This document shows positions 23,601-33,785 of a DNA stretch of 45,957 nt, piece after piece. The notes under the pieces are model-generated. The model was not told where the DNA came from and did not search any database. It saw only the letters and a program-made list of their open reading frames with translations. Source of the stretch: Rhizaria sp. SCN 62-66 (Eukaryota). Positions within the stretch are counted from its first letter, which is position 1; each line of letters opens with the position of its first letter. Made by a program: the position numbers and the translations under genes. The stretch is from assembly GCA_001724265.1 (NCBI GenBank), contig MEDY01000362.1, positions 1 through 45,957 of the forward strand, written 5' to 3'.

Positions 23601-25880
23601 AAGGGGCGCGGCGCGGGCGGGGGGGCCGAGCCTGGAGCCAGCGCCAGAGCCAGAACCAGCGCCAGAGCCGGAGCCGGAGCCGGAGGTGGCAGTGTTGAGA
23701 GTTAGGAGACTGTTGTCGGAACGGCCGTTGCGGGACCGGAGAGGGGGCGAGTAGCTGCTGCCGAACTCCTCCAGCCCCGCCATAGTAGAAGCGTCCCCCG
23801 CCCCCGCCATAGTTGCGGAGTCCGAGTCCGAGAAAGCCGGTAGAGCGAGGACGGGGACGAATGACGGCACCGGCAGCGAAACCGGCACGACTGCGTCGCT
23901 GTCATCAAAGTGACCGTGCGCAGTGGAGCGACCGTGGGCAGCGGAGTGACCGCGGGCAGGCGTGTCAGGTGGAGTGAGATTGGACTGAAAAGGCAGCACA
24001 TCAACAACCTTACCACTATCAATGCTCTTATCACTGTGATCATCACCGCAGTCGTCGTCGTCATCATCATCGTCATCGTCGTCACTGTTGATTTTGGTGT
24101 TGCTATTCCCCAGACTCGCAATTGCGTCGATGGTGGCATGTGCGTTCAGATAGCTGTCGCCGACACTTTTGTGCCTGCTGTGCAGCCCCCTTGCACCCGC
24201 ACCCGCAGTCGGCGTCGCGGGGACAGGGATTGAGTCCGCTGCGTTATTAGCAGTAGCAGTAGCACTAGGACTCGGTTTGGTGCTGCTATTCTCCACATTC
24301 GCGTTCGTATTCGAATCGATGTTGTTGTTGTAGTCGTCAACACACTCTCTGAACAGAGCCCTGCCAACTGGAGCAGCATTTGTACTCGCAGTCGCCTCAG
24401 CCTCAGCGTCAACGACAGCGTCACATTCGTTCACAGCATTATTACCGCTAGCAACGTTAACCATTGGGTCAGTATTCCCTGCATTCGCCCTTGTAGCAGC
24501 GTTGTTGGTGTTGTTATGACTTGAGTTCTTTGCCTCAGCGCCCGCGCCCGCCCCTGTGCCCGTGCCGGTGCTTTTAGGCGATGACACCGTCGGGTTATAG
24601 ATGGCCGCGTTGTTGTTGTATGTCGGCAAACTGAGATCTAGCACGGTCAGCGGCTCTTCCTCGCGTGGCCGCAGCAGCGATGACGGCGTGCACGGCTGCA
24701 GCAGGACGCTGTTGGAGCGACTGGCGGCGGCGCTGACCGCTGAGCTGTTGCAACGACTCATAGCAGTGCTATTCGCCGCATTCTGCGTATTCTGTGCAGT
24801 GGCATTAGCTGGGGTGGTGAGCGTGTGGGAAAGAGTGGGTTTGTGGGCGGGAGTCACAGGAGCACTGCCCACGTTGACACTTAAACCGGAAGCACTTACA
24901 TTCGCAGCACTTAGAGTCACGCTGAAAGTGCCAGCGGCGCTCGCACTGTAGCTGTGTGGGTTGATGATGGTGGTGGCGAGGCTGGGCGGCGCTGGCAACG
25001 GCAGGGGCCCATAGAGAGCAGGCGGGGGCGAAGTTGTCAGGGCGGTGAGGAGGTCCGCAGACTCGCCCTCAATGTCGTCGCCAAAGGAACGTTCACGGTC
25101 ATTTGTCGCTGCTGCTACCGCAGCAGAGGCGGGGGGGTTGGATGCGTGTTTGCTTGTTTTGACAGGAGTCCTCAGTACGTCAGCATCAACGGCAGAAATC
25201 GTATTCGCATCATCACAGTTGTTTTTGTTGTTGTGGTTGCTGATGCTGCCGTTGATGTGGCTGAGACTGTGAGTTGAAGCGGTGACTGAAGCAGCATGGG
25301 CAGCAGCCTCGGCCGCGGCCGCTGCAGTCATGGCTGCTTCCAACGCCTCCACCCCTTCGTCCCCGCCCCAGACACCGCCGCTGCTACTGCTCGCGTTGCC
25401 GTTGCCGTTGCTGTGGCCAGAAGCCGGGAAGAAGCCTGGCGAAGCTGGGGAGGCAGCCGTGTTGTGGGGGGTGGCGGGAAGAGAGGTGAGAAACTCTGAG
25501 GCGTCGGGCTCGCTGCTGTCGTAGTTGTAGTCGCACTCACTGCCTCTGCCGCTCGCAGCCCCAGCTGCAGCCGTGTTCGGGCCAGTCACCGTCGCGACTG
25601 CAGCTGCGTCGGAGATGTAGTTTGCAGGAGCAGCAGCAGTGGCAGTGGTAGTGGCAGTGGCAGAGGTGCAGACAGCGGGCAAGTCGATACTTAGCGAGGG
25701 AGATCCGTTAGCAGCAGGGCGGGCAGTGTCAGTGCCAGGGCGAGAGCTCGAGGTAGAGGCAAGTGCTTTGGGAGTCGAGTTAGTGGCTGTGATACTTCTC
25801 GTGCTGAGGTCTTTGGGAGACGTCGCGGGGGGTGTCGATACTGCCTGAGCGCCAAGGGGCGCGGGAGTGGCGGCACTCAT
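20358..25880 (-). CDS. Large intrinsically disordered Ser/Thr/Ala/Gly-rich protein (acidic N-terminal half, basic repeat-rich C-terminal half); ~1840 aa
   Basis: Uninterrupted 5.5-kb ORF with ATG at 25880. Internal repeats RSTTPV x3, SPSPSLR x4 and SRRTSL x3. No globular domain recognised. Stop TAA. Confidence 0.75.
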
Positions 25881-26486
25881 CGTGGCAGACGTGAAAACTA
25901 GCAAGGCGGTAGTATAGGGACGCAGCAAGAGCGCCGGAGGGGGATGGAAGCGTCTGGGAAGAGAGGAGGAAAAGGGGAGCTAACTGGGCGCGGGAGAAGG
26001 ACTAGGAGGTACATAAGATAGTGAGTTATAGAAACGCAAAACAAATATTATAATGGAAACACGCGCTAAATTTGCTTTTCATCTTCAGGTTTACTGCTAG
26101 CGGAGAGTATATTGAACACGGTCAGGTGATTGCAACACGCGAATCGACATCGACCCGGAGCCAAGAGCGGGCGGCTGTGACCGTGAGCCAACCGTTGAGC
26201 TGAAAGGTGCGTGATGAGTTCAGCAAAAGCAGATGCGCGACTTGATAGGCACATGAAGTAGAGTAATATTAACATATTTTGTATTAATACTAGATAAATA
26301 ACTTAAACGTACTATTGGTGCGTCGTCCCCCAAACAGGAAGCGTGATAGATATCGCGCGAAAGTAGCCGAAGCAGAAGCGGAAGATTTGCTCCGCTTGCT
26401 CGCTTTTCTCTCACACCTCTACTCTCAACCGATATTCTCTCTGTTTGCGTCCGAGCTCTTTATACCTCACAGATCTAGCCACCGCT

Positions 26487-27788
26487 ATGCGCTTTAAGTT
26501 CCCGCGCGCGTGCGCAGCGTTCGCCCTGCTTGTCGCAGTCGCGGTACTGGTGCTCGCTTCCGTCTCCTCAGCCTTTGCCTCAGCGTCGAGCTACTCGTTC
26601 AAGGGGGGCAAGGGCGGCCTCGCGAAGGGCGGCGTCGCCAAGGGTAGCAATTTAAAGGGCGCTGTTGTCAAGAACACACCGTTCAAGGGCTTTGCCCCTC
26701 AAATCCAGAGCAAGAAGGAGCCTGTCATCATCCATAGCCAGAGCCAGAGCCAGAGTCAACAGGTTGAGAGCCAGAGCATGAGTCCTGTGGCGAAGAGCAG
26801 CAACGTCAAGGGATCGACTCCTGTTGTAAAGAGTGCCCCTGCTGTCAAGAGCACTCCAGCTGTCAAGAGCGCACCGGCTTTCAAGTCTCAAGGTCGAGCC
26901 CCTGTTCAGGTGCAAGCGCAGACGCAGGCGCAAGCCCCGCAGGTCCAAGCCCAGGCACAGTCGCAGCCGCAGTCAGTGCCACCGTCTCAGGTGCAGTCTC
27001 AGTCTGTACCGCAGACCCAGTCCCAGTCGCAGGCGCAGTCAGTGCAGCAGAGTCAGTGCCAGTCGCGGCCCCAGGCGCTGTCACAGTCAGTGCCACAGAC
27101 TCATTCTCAAGCGCAGTCGATGCCGCAGACGCAGGCCCAGTGCCCCCGAGCTCAGAGCCCTTGCCAGGCACGGTCTCAGTCCCAGTCGCAGTCTCCGCAG
27201 TTGCGGCCGCAGTGCAGCTCGATCCGCCACAGTGCCACAGTCTCCCACCCCAATCCCATCTTAGACAGCGCCAGCTCTAGCGCGAACATCAACACTTACC
27301 CTGACGCGACTCCGAGCGCTGAGAGTGGTGCAGGGACGGAGGCGGAGACGGGGGCGGCGGGCGGGAGTAGCCGCGCCGCAGCGACGGCGGCGCAGACCGG
27401 CATGCTGCGCTGGCTGCCGCGGGACCTCCTCATGGCGCCCTGCATCCAGCATGGGCACGAGGGGCTGGACGCGAATGCTAACGCGGAGGATGGCAGCGGC
27501 GGGTCAACAGAGCGCCAAGGCTGCGTGATCCTGCCTCCGTCTCTTCGTGACCCTAGTGACCTGACCGAGACGGACCTGAGCCGGCTGTCCTACTGCGACG
27601 TCTACATCCGCCTCGTCAGTCTGCGGGCCCGCGTTGCGTACGACCCCGACGACTTCGTGTGCGCGAATGAGCTCGTCTGCCCTGTGGGTGCCGCGAGCCG
27701 GTGCGGCGACGCGTGCTATGACAGTGATAGGTTCCGCTGTGTCGGGGGCAGTGAGTTGCGACCAGTGCCCGACTTGGTCGCGGACTAA
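26487..27788 (+). CDS. Secreted protein: signal peptide, Lys/Gly-rich block, VKS(A/T)P repeats, Gln/Ser-rich linker, C-terminal CBM52-like Cys module; 433 aa
   Basis: Signal peptide MRFKFPRACAAFALLVAVAVLVLASVSSAFA. C-terminal 'YDPDDFVCANELVCPVGAASRCGDACYDSDRFRCVGGSEL'. Stop TAA. Confidence 0.75.
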   Translation: MRFKFPRACAAFALLVAVAVLVLASVSSAFASASSYSFKGGKGGLAKGGVAKGSNLKGAVVKNTPFKGFAPQIQSKKEPVIIHSQSQSQSQQVESQSMSPVAKSSNVKGSTPVVKSAPAVKSTPAVKSAPAFKSQGRAPVQVQAQTQAQAPQVQAQAQSQPQSVPPSQVQSQSVPQTQSQSQAQSVQQSQCQSRPQALSQSVPQTHSQAQSMPQTQAQCPRAQSPCQARSQSQSQSPQLRPQCSSIRHSATVSHPNPILDSASSSANINTYPDATPSAESGAGTEAETGAAGGSSRAAATAAQTGMLRWLPRDLLMAPCIQHGHEGLDANANAEDGSGGSTERQGCVILPPSLRDPSDLTETDLSRLSYCDVYIRLVSLRARVAYDPDDFVCANELVCPVGAASRCGDACYDSDRFRCVGGSELRPVPDLVAD

Positions 27789-28137
27789 GTGCTAGCGCAA
27801 GAAGTCTAAGTACCTGCTTAGGCAAGACTAAGGAGCTGAGGTCCATCTTTTGTAACTTGGGGTACATCTGTTGTTGTTTTTGCTTATGATACGATTGAGT
27901 GAACAAAATGTAAAAAGTAAAGCAAATGCAAAAACAAAAGAAAACAACCAGCAGTTGCAGCATTGACGACAAGAATACAAAACGATTGTCCGCGTAACTT
28001 GAAACTTGATTCTACTAACTGGGACCGTTGCGAGATGAAGTGCAACATCATAAAGCGTAACAAGCATGACTTTACTGACATCTCGTTCGATAGCAGTTTG
28101 CAGCCGTAATAACCGTAGCAGTGACGACCTGAATGAA

Positions 28138-31100
28138 TTAATTATAGTTCATGTCATCGCGGTTGTCATTATAGCTACTATACCGTTCCTTCGCGTCCCG
28201 AATCAGCACATCATAGTCGAGGTTCACATACCCCAGGACCCCTTCTCGGAACTTTTTCAAGAACAGGGCCTGCGCACGCCGCTCCGTGTCCGGCGACAGG
28301 TCAAACTTCTCCTCCTCTCGCGTCAGCGGTAGCAGGTGTGGATCCACCCGTTCCCAGTCAACCTCGGTGCCGTGGCTCCGGTTGGCCCAGCCAGCTTCCG
28401 CCGCAGCGGTAGGCACAGACGCAGAATGGTGAGGCTTTGACTGGGGCGTGGACTCGGACATTGACTGGGACGGGGGCAGGTCACAGTCACTAATGGAGGA
28501 CGAGGAGTAGGTTTTGCGGGGTAGTTTATCTGCCCACGCTCCGGCCGCCCCGTGCCGCAGTCGGTCCTGCGCGAGCCTGACGCGCGCCCTAAGGAACCGC
28601 GCCCGCGCCTCGGGCTCCGTCACGGGCGCGCCCCATAGTGCGTGCGTATAGATGTGGTGCCAGGGCTTGACGTTGCCGTCGCGCCACTTATTGGCGCGCG
28701 CGATGGCTGAGTAGAGGGTGCTGACGTCGGCGGTCGGCAGCCAGTCGGGCAGGGAAAAGACGCGTGTGTACGAGAAATAACCTAGGGAATCGAAACATAT
28801 GCAACAAAACAAGGGTTATTAATTATACCTGTGAGTTAAATGTCAATTTATGAGCGCGTGATGAATAAAAACATGAGAAATATGCTTAATTCAACTTATC
28901 AGCAAAGCAAACCGTAAGTAATAGCGAACATAAAGCAAAAAAGTAATAATGATAGTAATGCAAGTAATGCAAGAGTGAACAAAGCGTACCCTGGCTGTTA
29001 AGCTCTTGTAGCAGCGCGGCGCACATCGCGTCGGGCTCCACGGCCTTGTCGGCGACACAGCCTGCGAGCGCGAGCCTGGCCGCCGCCGCGGGGCCGGCCG
29101 GAGATGCCTCGAGGTGGGGTGCCATGACGCCGGGCGTATCCAACACCACGACGGGGGGATCCTCGCAGACGCGGAAGCCTTGCACGTGGCGGGTCACGCC
29201 CGGCTGGGGACCCACGCGGGCCTTGCCGCCGGTGCCGGAGGCGGGGAGGTAGACGTCGCCCAGGCCCGAGAGGCCGTAGCCGTCACTATTTGATGTGTGA
29301 GAGAAAAACAAAGAGGAACAGTAATACAACACAGTCTAGATGAGAATTAAACAAAAATAAGTATATCAATTGAATGATAATATTGTTTTCCATTTAATTA
29401 CTAGGTTTCATGCTAGGTAATCGACATATGCGCGAGATACAATTGTTTTAGAGTGTGATGAAGGGACGCGTACCTGTAGGCACCAGCAACAACAGCAGAG
29501 CGCTTGAGAGCGTTGATGATTGTGCTCTTGCCGACGTTGGGGAAACCGCAGATCAGCACAGCGGTGGGCACGGCGCGAAAGCGGCGCGGCGGAGCGAGGC
29601 GCTGGATGATCGCGAGCAGCGTTTGCGGGGCAGCTGCGGAGGAGAGGGAGTCCGTCAGCACGACTGCGCCACGACCACCTAAACGCAAAGTTCATGAAAA
29701 ATGAATAAAATAAGATACTGATGTTTAAGCCTTTAATTAAAATTAAATGAACATTTAACAAGACATTATTTCCATCTAAAGTACACCATTACTATTGTAA
29801 GGCGCTTAAGATATACGTGTAATATGCGAATGTTGCAGTTCGCGAGTCGTACCTGGCAAGATCTTGTACGGGCACCACGCACGACCGCCACCAGTGAGGA
29901 GCTTGTTCAAATCCTTCTTGTCAGCAAGGGGGCTGACCCACGCGGCAGCAGGGTTGCTGATAGTTTTATTCTTACCCCCTTTGCCACTTGCACTGCTGTT
30001 GCTGTTGCTGTTGCTGTTTTTGCTGGTACTCTTGTGGTGGTGGTGATGGGAGAAGCTGCGGGGAGCGAGCCCTTCCTTCACCAGCTGCGTCTGGTACTGC
30101 CGCGATTGTTCTGCACTCACTGCAGGCCCCTCGGGCAGCCGGAGCAGGGCTGCTACAGCGCGGGCGCGGGCCTTCTGGCGAACCGCCTCCCAGTCTACAT
30201 TCGATACAGTCTCAGTGTTTGTCAGGCCCGTAGTCGAAGTTGCAGCAACGTCATTTTGACTCTGGTTTTGGTTCTGGCTGTTTTGAGCTTTGTTGAGCGC
30301 CCTTTGAATTTTCGCATCAACTTCAGCGTCTGCCCCGGCCTCCGCCGCCGCCACCATTTCCCTCCAGTGCAGCGCCGGCGCACCCAACCCCAGCGCGTTG
30401 TTAGACTGCGACTATGATTGGGAGCCGTTGACCGTGGGCAACTGACCGTGAGCCCGCAGCAGTTCCCTGGCCACCGCGTCAAGCAGCCCGGTCCCGGCCC
30501 TGGCAGCGGCGCGCGCGGCGGCGGTGGCGCTGTTTCCCGCCGCAGCCCCGCCCGTGGGTCCCAGCGCCAGGTCGGCTTTGTTGAGTACCACGACGCGCGG
30601 TTTCCCCGCGGCTACGCGGTCCAGGAGCGGGTTGGCCGACGACAGCGCACACCGGGCGTCGCGGACCTCGATCACCAGCTCCACGTCCTTGAGCTTCTCG
30701 GACATCGCTTGCACCGCGGCAGCCATGTGACCCGGGAACCAGTTGACGCCCGCAGCGGCGTCGGCTGTGAGGGCCGCCGCCGAATACGCTACGGCGGCGG
30801 CGGTGGCGGCCGCGGAGGCCGAGACGGAGGGGGAGGCGGCCGCAATGTTGGAGCCGTGGACGCCAGGTAGCTGGGCAAGGATACGATCCTTCTTCTCCCC
30901 ACTTTTGTTCTGAGAGTTTGCGATATTACTCCGCGCACTCTTGCTGTTGCTATTGCAGTTCATGCTGCTATCGGAATAGTCGAGGACCGCGTCGGCGTCG
31001 CTGTCGGACGCATACGGGTCTCGGCCCACGGCACTTGATGCACCCGCGCCGCCCAGCAGTGACGGTAGGGCCCCTGCGGCCACGGCGGCGGCCAAGCGCT

Positions 31101-32124
31101 TCGAGGCCTGCACACCGCGGGGCACTGTCGGACCCTGACTATAACTGTGAGCCTGATTGTGTTTGTGTGCATTGCTAGACTAGCCCTGACTCTGGTTTTG
31201 ACTCTGACCGAGGCTGTCGTGGTGCGGCGACCGGGCCAGCGCGTTCGAGGCCGCAGCCAGCGCCGCCGGCGACAGCCTCTGCTTGGTCGATTTGTTAAGC
31301 CGCCTCTCTCGTTCCGCTTTGCTAGCCCGCCTGGCCTCGGCCCGGTCCAGGCGGGTGTGCTGTGCGGCGTCGGCCGCGGCGCTGAGCCCGCCGATGCCGC
31401 CCGCGAAGGCGCTCTCGTCCGCGGTGATGACGTGGCCCGATTCTGTGATGTAGGTCGGAGCAATACCCGCAGTCGTTGTAGCGGCAGCAGCAGAACCAGA
31501 GTTGGTGTGGGCAGAGCTATTGGGGCTACTACTGCTATTGATGTGGCTGCTGGGGAGGATGCGTGCAGTGCGGGAGGAAGCTAGGGGAGTGTACTGAGCA
31601 AAATATGCATCATCGCTGGTAGTACTGGCAATGCTAGCAGAAGCAGAGCTGGGGCTCGTGTCTAAGCCTGAGTTAGGGATGGAGACAGAACCAGAGTCCG
31701 TGCGAGAGTGAGAGCTTGATCTCTTGCTCGATTTTGACAGCAGAACAGCCGCAGATGCATACCTAGTGGCGTTAATTTGCTTGCTATGCTGTTGCTGCTA
31801 TTGCGGCTGCTCTTGTTCCAGTTCTTGCTGTTGCTGTTGCTGATGCTGATGCTGTTGCTGGTGCTGCAGCTTACGGAGTTTCTCTTCCCTGGAGAGCGGG
31901 CGCGCGGGGCGGGCAAAGGCGGTCGGGTCCAGCGTCGCGTGTCGGCGGGACTCGGATAATACGGCGGCGTAGGCCGAAGCAGTCGAGGCATGCGCATTAC
32001 ACACAGCCGATGCAACGGATGTTGCCGTAGTTACTGCTGCCGAGAGCCCGCCGACTGTGGCGACAGTACGGGCAGCCCCGGTCGTGACGAGACTGCCATA
32101 GAGCGCGGTGGAACGGGAAAGCAT
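28138..32124 (-). CDS. MTG1: Mitochondrial ribosome-associated GTPase (MTG1/RbgA/YlqF family); exons 32124-29853, 29678-29474, 29285-28990, 28781-28138; ~1138 aa if three in-frame TAGs (31798, 31180, 30412) are read as Gln
   Basis: Circularly permuted GTPase motifs in order: 'NWFPGHM', 'VIEVRDAR', 'NKAD', 'GFPNVGKST', 'PGVTR', 'LDTPG', 'LALAG', plus C-terminal 'FLKKFREGVLG'. N-terminus MLSRSTALYGS resembles a mitochondrial presequence. Three GTACG introns with compatible phases. Stop TAA. Confidence 0.85.
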
Positions 32125-32932
32125 AGCAGATGCAGAGGCGTGGTGCTTGCAGCAGTGGAAAAGAAGCGAGGGGGAGCGCGCGGGGCCGGTAGTGCGGCGG
32201 TGGGGCGGAGAGAGGGCGACTTTGCGCAGTGGAGTCGAATAGAAGTAGGCGGCTTGCGCGGTAGGCAGACCTTTACTAGAAATAACATTGGAAAAAAGAC
32301 GCAAATTAGTTAAACATTATCATATTGCTTTTATGCGTTAACAGACGGTTAATTGAGACAGATATACATTATTTTATGATTTGCACGTAGTCTCCTCCTC
32401 TAGCTCAAATCCAGAGCCGAGAATGACACAGTTTCGGTGCATCCTACTATGAGGAGTACTCGATGTATATGAGTGCGTATATAGTTTCCATATAATACTC
32501 CGACGAAGATACACATACACTATTATTTGGGGGATATATGACGTGATCAGCGCAACACGAGTGCGAGAATTGCGACGTCGCGCCTCGAATCCCTCGACAG
32601 CTGCAGTCGCAGCGGCGGCGACAGCAGCCACTATTTTTGAACACGGACATGGGTTAGATGGGGCGAGGGTGCCGACTACGGACTGCGCAATGCGACAATC
32701 CTTGCGCTTGCGCTGTTGCATCCACCACGCCTGGGCACTGGAGCTGAGAAAGACGAACGCGGGCTCGCTGCTGTGGGCACAAACGTATCATTAGTGCTGA
32801 GAATAAGTAATCAAAACTTTCGTAGTAGTAAAAAATCGTGTGTTGTGCTAGTAAGCGTTTTCTTTGATTACAGGCAGACGCTTTAGCAGCTCCTACTCAG
32901 CCACTTCCTTCACGATCCAATCGACTGATGCA

Positions 32933-33238
32933 ACCGCGGCGCGATACATCCTCTCGCTGTCGCGCGCGCTGGACCACTGTCACTCGAAGTACATCAAGCG
33001 CCGCGCCATCAAGCCCGAGAGTATCCTCTTTTACGCGCGCGGCGGACTCAAGATTGCTTACTTTGGTTGGTCGGTCCACGCGTTGCAGAACGCAGCGGCA
33101 CGCTGTGCTGCACGTTCGACTACCTGCCGCCCGAGATGGTCAACAGCAAGCGCCACTGTTCACACGCACGCTGTTGACCTGTGGTCAATCGGCATATTGC
33201 TGTACGAGTTTTTGTTGGGTCCACTGCCGTTCATTTAG
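32933..33238 (+). pseudogene. Aurora kinase pseudogene fragment (subdomains VIa-IX)
   Basis: 'TAARYILSLSRALDHCHSKYIKRRAIKPESIL...LKIAYFGWSVHA', then a shifted frame giving 'TLCCTFDYLPPEMV', then 'VDLWSIGILLYEFLLGPLPF'. HRD is changed to RRA and DFG to YFG, with frameshifts and no N-lobe. Confidence 0.85.
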
Positions 33239-33628
33239 GATGTCTGAGTTCAGAAGATTCAAGTCCAGCTGGAATAGGTCGATTTGTATTGCGTGATTAC
33301 AAGGTCATGAATTGCTCAACACCATATGGGCACAAATTCCATCGGTTTGTTCGAGTCACTTTTCTAACATTTTCTGTACTACATATATTAATATCATATC
33401 AAGTCCTACCTGAAGGCGGGGCGCACAACGAAATCAGAGACCACCACCTGGGGAAAAAACGCCAAAAACCCTGGTTCGTACAAATACACAAACATAAAAA
33501 GAAAGAACAACTGACCATGTTTTGAATATCATATCTTGGAACGAACTCAAACTAAAAAAACAAACAATAAACAAAAACAAAACTTAAACAAGACTGTAAT
33601 ACATGGGTGCCGATTCGCCCTTGATGAC

Positions 33629-33781
33629 GGATGCAGGTGGGCACGCGAGCGCAGTAGTTGTCTTGGTAGTGCTGGCCGAAAAACCTTTCCAGCGGGACTT
33701 TCTCGGTGCGAATGCGGTCGACGATGGATTTTAATGCTTCGGCGGCGTAGGCCACGGCGCAAGAAGGGTGCAGAAGCATGA
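33629..33781 (-). pseudogene. Degenerate duplicate of the last ICMT exon
   Basis: Aligns by eye with 36919-37068: MLLHPSCAVAYAAEALKSIVDRIRTEKVPLERFFGQHYQDNYCARVPTCI versus MLLNPFCAVAYAAVAWKFFDDRIRTEEVPLERFFGQEYRDYRARVPTRI. Confidence 0.9.
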
Positions 33782-33785
33782 AATG

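Noticed and set aside
20419-25848. Many plus-strand Leu/Val/Pro-rich ORFs that look like membrane proteins
   Set aside because: They are the antisense reading of Ser/Thr/Asn/Gly repeats of the minus-strand gene.
30412-30432. Possible 21-nt intron (gtcaac...catag) removing the third MTG1 TAG
   Set aside because: The donor lacks the +5 G seen in all 14 modelled introns and is far below their 145-334-nt size range. It would not explain the other eight TAGs.
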